Of a stretch of DNA of 64,000 bases, positions 25,541 through 32,248 are shown in pieces (positions within the stretch are counted from its first letter, which is position 1; each line of letters starts with the position of its first letter). Under the pieces are notes generated by a model that ran no database searches, was not told where the DNA came from, and worked only from the letters and a program-made list of their open reading frames with translations. The stretch comes from an uncultured bacterium (GTDB lineage Bacteria; Armatimonadota; UBA5829), in contig CALJES010000012.1 of the NCBI GenBank assembly GCA_938074205.1, positions 278,840 to 342,839 on the forward strand, given 5' to 3'. The position numbers and the translations under genes are program-made.

Positions 25541-27004
25541 TTACTCGGACGAATTCGCCAACAGCTCGCATATCTTGTTCTGCACAGCCGTTGCAGCGCT
25601 ATTTGGGCAAGGGTGGTTGTTCATCAGTATGGAGAATACCAGCGGTTCGCCGGACTTTGTTGTGAGGTAACCTGAGAGACTGCTTACTCTGCTTAAATAC
25701 CCCGTTTTTGCGCGAACGTTGTTCTCCGCAGACGTGCCCTTCATCCTATTCTTCAGAGTGCCGTCTACGCCGGCCAACGGTAGCGAATCTATGAACGCAC
25801 GGGCATGCGGATGACGATACATATGACTCAAAAGCTCAACCAAGCTCCTCGCGGTCACACAGTTCAGCCTGGAAAGACCCGACCCGTCGGCTATATAAAT
25901 GCCGCCGAGGTCAATGCCTATCTGAGTCATGAATTCCTTCTCGACTTCACGGCCGCACTCAGCTGAGCCCTTTCCCTTAACAAATGCGCCCAGCGTTTTT
26001 AGAAGAATCTCAGCTATGAGGTTGTCGCTGGGCTTGTTGAGAAGCTCGAGAATTTTCGATAACGGTGGGGAAACATGCTCGCACAGCAACGTTGCATCGC
26101 TCGGAATTTTGCCGCGTTTAACTTCACCCTCCACTACTATGCCCTGCTTGTGAAGTTCATTCTTAAACACGTGACCAGTGTAAAGAGCCGGCTCGTGAAT
26201 GGTAATAATCGCTTCCGAGGCAGTAACTTTCGTCCCCACAGGTATGCTACCGCCCGCTCGGATTATATTGGTGCCCAGAACCCTATAGACCCAGACGGTT
26301 TTCTGTGAATCGGTCTCTCCTGTTATCGGACAGCTCTCAATCTGCAAGAACGAGTTGACGGGATCCAGTTGCACGATTGCTGGATCCCCAGGTTTCTTGC
26401 CAGGGTAGACCCACACGTTTACGACGTTTCGGTTAAGGTTCAGCGCAGTTATCTCTGCTGAGTAGTAATAACACAGGTCGTTCCACGGCCAACCTGTTCC
26501 AAGCCGACAGTCATCAAATAGAGAATCGTCCACGATCAAATCACCCGTTACCTTCTTGATGCCCTGGGTTTTCAGTTTTTGGGCCATCTCCACCAGATCG
26601 TTGGTTTCCAGGGTCGGATCGCCGCCGCCCACTAACGCAATAGAACCCTTGACCAAACCGTGTGGGTTCACTGGCGCGCATGTAAACACCTTGGTGACGT
26701 ATGTAAAATCCGGCCCCAGGCGGTCAAGCGCGGCAGCAGAGACTAGGAGCTTCATATTTGAAGCCGGGATCATAGCCAGATCAGCATTCCGTTCATACAG
26801 GGTTTTGCCAGTCTGCAGAGATTTTACCAAGACTGCTTGGATGCCGTGATTTAGGTTCGGATCGGCGAGCATTTGATCGATCTGGTGATGCAGACTATTT
26901 GCTTGTGCATAAGTCGCAATCCAAACCGCGAGAATGCACCATAGGAGTACTAAGCGCGCCCTGCGATACGAGACTGCTGATAGTCTTCGATTGCTCCTGT
27001 TCAT
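25541..27004 (-). CDS. dacB: D-alanyl-D-alanine carboxypeptidase/endopeptidase (peptidase S13, PBP4/DacB).
   Basis: A signal peptide is followed by the S13 active-site region 'PASNMKLLVSAAAL' (SxxK). Confidence 0.8.
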   Translation of the reverse strand: MNRSNRRLSAVSYRRARLVLLWCILAVWIATYAQANSLHHQIDQMLADPNLNHGIQAVLVKSLQTGKTLYERNADLAMIPASNMKLLVSAAALDRLGPDFTYVTKVFTCAPVNPHGLVKGSIALVGGGDPTLETNDLVEMAQKLKTQGIKKVTGDLIVDDSLFDDCRLGTGWPWNDLCYYYSAEITALNLNRNVVNVWVYPGKKPGDPAIVQLDPVNSFLQIESCPITGETDSQKTVWVYRVLGTNIIRAGGSIPVGTKVTASEAIITIHEPALYTGHVFKNELHKQGIVVEGEVKRGKIPSDATLLCEHVSPPLSKILELLNKPSDNLIAEILLKTLGAFVKGKGSAECGREVEKEFMTQIGIDLGGIYIADGSGLSRLNCVTARSLVELLSHMYRHPHARAFIDSLPLAGVDGTLKNRMKGTSAENNVRAKTGYLSRVSSLSGYLTTKSGEPLVFSILMNNHPCPNSAATAVQNKICELLANSSE

Positions 27005-27526
27005 CTAGCTCAACTCCATTGGCTACTGCCGGTGTATACCATTCGCTTCGATACCATGCCTGTCCATAAGTTAGTGAAGCCGGTTTAGCCCGCTAGGCAT
27101 CGAACGATGCCGTGTGTGAAACGCTTATAGTAATATGGTCTGGAAAAACAGACGATTGCTACCTTGCTATTCACATTATACGCCAGCCTGGACAGCAAAA
27201 GCTGGCGCGAACACCGGATGTCGCAAAATTTATCTCATTCTCCTCACCTTCGAGCACCTTGGAAGCTATTGGAATGGCAGTCGGAGTAAACCACCGATGG
27301 TCATTTCAAAGTTTGATATCTACCGTTTACGGCTCAATGTGAAAGTTCTTATCCGCATCATCCAGGCGGCAAAGCGTATCCTGAGCTGACTCCAGTCCCT
27401 AGTGAATGCCAGGGTCAAGCTAAGGCGAACTCTTCCAGGTCATTGCTAAGTCCAGCGGACAGGTGTAGGGTGACTTTTCTTTTGTATAATGCGGTGCAAA
27501 TGCGCTGGATGCAGGATCAAAAACGC

Positions 27527-28099
27527 TCAGCTGCGTCGCTCTCTTACGGGCCCAAGGGATATGTCTATGTCATCAGTCAGAAGCTCAGAACCACTCTGTC
27601 GCGCCTGGATCTCACCGCGCCTAGAATCCTCAACTGTCAGCAGGATAGAGCGTGTTCCTAAAGGAAACGATTTTTGATTTCGGCGCGCCCAAGCCGCAGC
27701 ATCTTTGTTTACGGGGCTTGCCAAGTTGTAGCTTTTGTACTGGATCATATCGGCGATGTGAACAATGACATCTACCAAAGTAACACCAGGAGACCAGTAA
27801 TCGCCTATGCAGACGTAATCTCCTATGTTCGGGTGCCATATCGGGGTGCGCATCGTGCATCTTGGACCCTGCCTCGGGTAACCGGTCGACAGTACTATAT
27901 CCACAACGTGCTTCTCTGACACCACAGCTCTACTCGATGCCTCATCCCAAACAAGTCCCGTCAGCCTGTAAGTAACTCGGTAATACCAAGGCGGGTTACC
28001 CTGAATCGGTTCTACACACACAAACTCGTTGCCGGAAAGTTCCGATAAGATCTTTTCGTATTCGCGACGCAGACGCCTTGTCCGAATTGTCTCGCTCAC
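27527..28099 (-). CDS. Prokaryotic ubiquitin-conjugating enzyme (E2/UBC fold) homolog.
   Basis: The UBC signature is 'RLRREYEKI...YPRQGPRCTMRTPIWHPNIGDYVCIGDYWSPGVTL'. This gives the HPN motif, a candidate catalytic Cys 7 residues later, and WSP. Confidence 0.75.
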   Translation of the reverse strand: MSETIRTRRLRREYEKILSELSGNEFVCVEPIQGNPPWYYRVTYRLTGLVWDEASSRAVVSEKHVVDIVLSTGYPRQGPRCTMRTPIWHPNIGDYVCIGDYWSPGVTLVDVIVHIADMIQYKSYNLASPVNKDAAAWARRNQKSFPLGTRSILLTVEDSRRGEIQARQSGSELLTDDIDISLGPVRERRS

Positions 28100-28114
28100 G
28101 ATACCGCACCTGCC

Positions 28115-29536
28115 TCACTTTGGCTTTCCCAGACTTGCGCAGATACGCTTGACCTTCCGCCGGTCGCTTTCAGACAGCGCATGGAAAAGTCTGTCATACG
28201 GCTCTTCGCGACAGATCACTCCGTAAGCTATCTCCCGACTTCGTTCACCGCGTAGCCACCGAACAGCTTTCTCATGCCAAGCGTTCGAACCATGCTCGTC
28301 ATGAACAGCTACGCTTAGCTTCAGCGACCGCACAATGTCCCTTACGCGGCAGGCTCTCTCGATCCGCTTCTCACGGCTTGCAGCCGCCCGCTTGTAGACT
28401 TGGAGGGCTTGTTTAACGTAGTCCGGCGAGGCTACAATAATATCAGGTCGACGACTATTGGATGTGAATGAGCTTTCTATGTCTTTCACCAGCGACGGTT
28501 CCTGCGCCCGCGGTAGCTGCCGGGCGAGACGCGCCGCTGCAGCTAACTGCAAGTTGATTCTATCGAGCTTTTCACCCTCTTCGTTGCCAATTTCGCTATC
28601 GGACAGCGCCGCGCTTACACGCTGAAACTCCAAAAACGCTTGTCGGTTTTCCGGGTTAGCTGAAAGTTCGAGCCTAAGCAACCTCTCACCGCCTGTAAGA
28701 TCACCTATCGAAAGCATTTCAATAGCGGTTTCCAGGTACGTAGTAGGATGTGTTGCCTGCCTCCCGCGGAAAACGACAAGCCACAAAGCGATCTGCGAAG
28801 CCGCCAATAGTATAATTAGTGACCAGATAATCCCAGGAACTCTACCGACGTTAAGGCGATTATTCATTTGTGCTGGTCCTCTAGCCGTGACCGTGGAATG
28901 ATCTGACGTTGCAGATAGCTCCCTCATACATTCCCGCAGTGCTTCTTCATTGCTGCGTGGGGCGAATACATAGAATCCGGAAATGCGTACAAGAGACTCC
29001 TGCGACCACTCAAAAATAGCCCATTCGCCCAACTTGGAGTCGACAACCATCGCTATCTGGTAGGAATCAGCGAAGTAGTGCTGGTGAATGAATTCGTCTT
29101 CCTTGGAAAGAAACGCTCCTAGCCCTGGGTGGCTGTGATACCAACCAACGATTCTCTCGCGTGAGTACCGCTGGGCAAGCTGCGCGTGCACCTGCTCCCA
29201 AGCCTCGTGGGTGAAAGTGAGCGATATACCGGTGCTTTCGGCCATCTCTGCTCGGATAATGTCGTTGACCTGAATAAAGTAACCCCTGCCAAACTTGCAG
29301 AACTCGCCTACCAACACTCCGCCGAGCTCACGCTCCGGATCTGCGAGAAGATGTTCCCTAATTGCCCGGACAGCTTGTTCACTGATGAAAACGGGATACA
29401 AATCATCGGCCGGCTGACCGCACGCGCAAACTCTCATCGCCCTGTTTTCAAGTGGGCTCTTTCTTTTGACGGCAGATAAGCGAGTTGACCTGCCTAGCTC
29501 CAGTTGTATGTCGTCGTTCTCTTCTTCGCGCTGCAT
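28115..29536 (-). CDS. JAB/JAMM (MPN+) metallo-isopeptidase with a TM helix and a roughly 220-aa C-terminal extension.
   Basis: JAMM motifs are 'ELGGVLVGE', 'HSHP' and 'SKED'. The predicted TM is 'VPGIIWSLIILLAASQIALWLVVF'. Confidence 0.75.
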   Translation of the reverse strand: MQREEENDDIQLELGRSTRLSAVKRKSPLENRAMRVCACGQPADDLYPVFISEQAVRAIREHLLADPERELGGVLVGEFCKFGRGYFIQVNDIIRAEMAESTGISLTFTHEAWEQVHAQLAQRYSRERIVGWYHSHPGLGAFLSKEDEFIHQHYFADSYQIAMVVDSKLGEWAIFEWSQESLVRISGFYVFAPRSNEEALRECMRELSATSDHSTVTARGPAQMNNRLNVGRVPGIIWSLIILLAASQIALWLVVFRGRQATHPTTYLETAIEMLSIGDLTGGERLLRLELSANPENRQAFLEFQRVSAALSDSEIGNEEGEKLDRINLQLAAAARLARQLPRAQEPSLVKDIESSFTSNSRRPDIIVASPDYVKQALQVYKRAAASREKRIERACRVRDIVRSLKLSVAVHDEHGSNAWHEKAVRWLRGERSREIAYGVICREEPYDRLFHALSESDRRKVKRICASLGKPK

Positions 29537-29554
29537 ACTCTCGAATGTGTCGAT

Positions 29555-30061
29555 TCAGATCACAAGCCGGATCAAGAAGACGATCCCGCTTGAGCTGATA
29601 CTGAAGAGCACAACCGCTGGTCCAAAGCAGTTTTCGAAAAAGCGGTTTTCCCTAGCTGTGAAACGACAGTGCACACAAATGATCTGATTCTGCTTCACCG
29701 GTCTTCCGCACTTTATGCACCGCAGAGGCTGATCACTTTCGTCTGTCAGGTCTGTAGGCGCAATGACAATACGGCCCTCTGCAGTAGGCGAAATGCGATC
29801 AGAGATCTGCCGGTTCCATATTGCCCAACCGTCGCAGCCGTATACAGAGCAGCGGCCGTTGGACTTCCAGCACTCAGCATGATGCATTACGCCGCACTTG
29901 GGACAGCGTATCGCTTCTTCTTTCGATTCGATCGGACTTAGACAGTATGGGCAGTTCAGGCTTTCGTTTGTTGATCTCACCTTTCCACTCGATCGAACGC
30001 TTTGGGTAGTTGGTCTATGGTATCGAGGCTGCCGGTAGGAACCGCCGCCACTATCAGCCAA
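29555..30061 (-). CDS. Membrane-anchored C4HC3 RING-variant-like zinc-finger protein (paralog 2), with a second CxxC...CxxC ribbon and a C-terminal TM.
   Basis: Cys/His spacing is 'CPYC..(13)..CPKCGVMHHAECWKSNGRCSVYGC', then 'CIKCGRPVKQNQIICVHC', then the hydrophobic tail 'AVVLFSISSSGIVFLIRLVI'. The 5' end overlaps the upstream paralog by 85 nt, so the true start may be internal or non-ATG. Confidence 0.5.
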   Translation of the reverse strand: MADSGGGSYRQPRYHRPTTQSVRSSGKVRSTNESLNCPYCLSPIESKEEAIRCPKCGVMHHAECWKSNGRCSVYGCDGWAIWNRQISDRISPTAEGRIVIAPTDLTDESDQPLRCIKCGRPVKQNQIICVHCRFTARENRFFENCFGPAVVLFSISSSGIVFLIRLVI

Positions 30062-30459
30062 GCTAACAGAACTGCTGAGACGAGCAACATAATCAGTATA
30101 GGTCCCACGTTCTTTGCGTCCTGGTGTTCTAGGATAGATGTGGGCCTACACGTATTGCAGTAGAGTTCCCCTGGAGGAACCTGCTTCCCGCAGTGCACAC
30201 ACGGGTTGGAAACGCTCATCGCTTTTCTGTTACTTGCAGATTCGACTGCCTCACGCGTTAGAAGGAGTCTACTCCTTGCCGGTGGTGTATCGAAGTTGAT
30301 TTCGATTATCCGTCTTGCTTTGGGACATTCCTTTGCACAGCAGCCGCGGTGCTCTTCCCAACAATCGAAGTGATACACCGAGCCGCATGCGTCGCAGGTC
30401 ACAGTTTTTTCCTGCAGGGCAATTTCGCTCATACAATAGCGACAACTTCTGTCTGCCAC
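29977..30459 (-). CDS. Membrane-anchored C4HC3 RING-variant-like zinc-finger protein (paralog 1).
   Basis: Cys/His spacing is 'CRYC..(12)..CDACGSVYHFDCWEEHRGCCAKEC', then 'CVHCGKQVPPGELYCNTC', then the TM 'ILIMLLVSAVLLAWLIVAAV'. Confidence 0.55.
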   Translation of the reverse strand: MADRSCRYCMSEIALQEKTVTCDACGSVYHFDCWEEHRGCCAKECPKARRIIEINFDTPPARSRLLLTREAVESASNRKAMSVSNPCVHCGKQVPPGELYCNTCRPTSILEHQDAKNVGPILIMLLVSAVLLAWLIVAAVPTGSLDTIDQLPKAFDRVER

Positions 30460-30509
30460 TTCTGCTCACGTGTTAAAGTCGTTTGCTACGCGCCGCGCAA
30501 GCTATTCTC

Positions 30510-31721
30510 TTACGAACCCGGCAGTACGGATTTGGCATCTGATGATATCTCAATCTGCACGCAGCCTCTTTGCGATACCGCAGGAAGAATCTCCAATTGA
30601 CCAAAACCAAGCTCTTTTAGTGTGATATCTTCGTAGGGCGCGCCGCGCATATACTCGACATCTACTTCCGGCAGTCGCTCTGCGCCGCAGTCGGGACATC
30701 TTGCCTCTTCAGCGCGGATGCTATGTGCCAATCGGTAGAACGGTTGCGTGGAGCCACACCGATTGCACTTAAGTGATTTTACCATCTCAGAAGGTAGACC
30801 AATCACAGGGTTTGCACCCACGTAACGTGTTGCGAGATCCGCAACCTCAGCCAGCGTTGCTGATTCGCTGTTGAGCTGGGTTTCTACGATGTTTTCGAAC
30901 AACTCGTGGCTCATGCAGTCTTCGTTTCTCACGTAGTCAATAATGAAGCAGTCGTAGGTTGTGGCGTCAAAGTAGAAAGCCTTCCCGACCAGGGTAGGGC
31001 TCAGCCTCTGTCCTGGCGTTTGCAGGCAGGAGCGCGAGTGCAAGAGCTTTACGGCTTCGTGTACCTGGATGCCGGCTATTATGGATGCCATTGTAGGCGT
31101 CGTAGGAGTCCTGTCTTGAATATGAGCTTGAGCTGCCAGGATACCGCACGACTCACGCCACGCCATAATTTTTCTGTCCTGTTCGCCGAGCGTACACTCG
31201 TAGCAAGGGGTATCTGGGGGCACGAAGCTGCGCACAATACCGCGAGTGTCATCGACCGCTCCATCTACCCAGGGTGTGCCAACCTTCCAGCAAGCTCGGT
31301 TGATTGCAAGCCGCGCCTCACGGTTATCCAGTCCGCCGATCACGACATCCACGCGCCTGAAAATGCCAAGACCGATGTCCCTAGTTACATCAGCCTCCAG
31401 GCCGATGAACCGGCAGTCAGGATTCAGCGCCTCAGCTGCGCTCGCCGCTACTTGGGCTTTGGGCTTGCCTTCGTCTTGGGCTCTGAATAATGGACTTCGC
31501 GAAAGGTTGGAGAGCTCAACACGATCGAAGTCGACTATGATCACCGTCCCTGCGCCCAATAGTGCAAGGTTCTTTATTATCTCATTGCCAAGCGCACCGG
31601 CTCCAACGACCATGATTGATGCGGCGCGTAGGACGTCTTGGTTCCACCAGGAGATCAAGCGTAAACGCCAATATCGATCTTCTCCGATGTCAATCGGGAA
31701 GTGGGATTTCTCAGCAGACAC
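30510..31721 (-). CDS. E1-like adenylating enzyme (ThiF/MoeB/UBA family) with a C-terminal zinc-ribbon extension.
   Basis: The nucleotide-binding motif is 'VVGAGALGNEIIKNLALLGAGTVIIVDFDRVELSNLSRS'. CxxC is 'CYEC', and a later ribbon reads 'CNRCG...CPDCG'. The gene overlaps the Ubl gene by 11 nt. Confidence 0.8.
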   Translation of the reverse strand: MSAEKSHFPIDIGEDRYWRLRLISWWNQDVLRAASIMVVGAGALGNEIIKNLALLGAGTVIIVDFDRVELSNLSRSPLFRAQDEGKPKAQVAASAAEALNPDCRFIGLEADVTRDIGLGIFRRVDVVIGGLDNREARLAINRACWKVGTPWVDGAVDDTRGIVRSFVPPDTPCYECTLGEQDRKIMAWRESCGILAAQAHIQDRTPTTPTMASIIAGIQVHEAVKLLHSRSCLQTPGQRLSPTLVGKAFYFDATTYDCFIIDYVRNEDCMSHELFENIVETQLNSESATLAEVADLATRYVGANPVIGLPSEMVKSLKCNRCGSTQPFYRLAHSIRAEEARCPDCGAERLPEVDVEYMRGAPYEDITLKELGFGQLEILPAVSQRGCVQIEISSDAKSVLPGS

Positions 31722-31998
31722 AAAAGCACCCGCCTGCGGTGATCTCAGGTATTAGTCTGAGAACGTCCCCGTCTAGGACGTTGCATTCTGAAAGCGTGAG
31801 ATTGTCCAGCAAATGCCTGCCGGTTCCTTTGTGCAGGAGTTTGTAAGAAATCGGCGCGCCTGCGGTGTTGACCACTGGTAGGTAAAGAACCTCGACTAGT
31901 TTGTCAATAATTCTACTGATAGGCACGTCGTCTGGGAGCGTCGCATCTTGTTCTTTGCTTCCCGTTACGTCTATGATTGTGACGTTAACCTTACCCAT
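31711..31998 (-). CDS. Ubiquitin-like beta-grasp protein (95 aa) ending in ...AGG followed by a CFCVC tail.
   Basis: The beta-grasp pattern is 'KVNVTIIDVTGSKEQDATLPDDVPISRIIDKLVEVL...GDVLRLIPEITAGG'. A penultimate diglycine precedes a 5-residue Cys-rich extension. It is the first gene of the operon and overlaps E1. Confidence 0.6.
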   Translation of the reverse strand: MGKVNVTIIDVTGSKEQDATLPDDVPISRIIDKLVEVLYLPVVNTAGAPISYKLLHKGTGRHLLDNLTLSECNVLDGDVLRLIPEITAGGCFCVC

Positions 31999-32171
31999 TG
32001 GTGTTCACATTCCAATTCGGTTAATATTTCAGACGTTACATCGAGCAGAGTTGCCGAGATCTTGGCGTCCGCGTATTCGCCGCACCGCGGAAACCTTCCC
32101 TGCTGTATTATACCTCATTCCGTTAGTAAGATTCTTGGCGAATCAACAGGGAAGGGATGTTTTGCAGTACG

Positions 32172-32200
32172 TTGACAACCGTAAAACCTGATGTTATTCT
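32172..32200 (+). promoter_or_regulatory. Candidate sigma70 promoter (TTGACA-N17-TATTCT) for the GAF-PP2C gene, followed by a GC hairpin in the 5'UTR.
   Basis: I read ttgaca at 32172-32177 and tattct at 32195-32200. The hairpin CCTCGCGC...GCGCGAGG lies at 32201-32234. Confidence 0.3.
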
Positions 32201-32248
32201 CCTCGCGCTGCTGGTCTGAGTCGCGGCGCGAGGCAGCAAAAGAAGAAC

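Noticed and set aside
27005-27526. The 520-bp gap between dacB and the E2 gene has small ORFs (27112-27389 +, 27443-27677 +) and a TATAAT at 27483.
   Set aside because: The ORFs are short with no motifs, and the region is the likely dacB promoter/UTR. A plus-strand promoter here would only produce an RNA antisense to the E2 3' end, which is speculative. I found no terminator for the Ubl operon.
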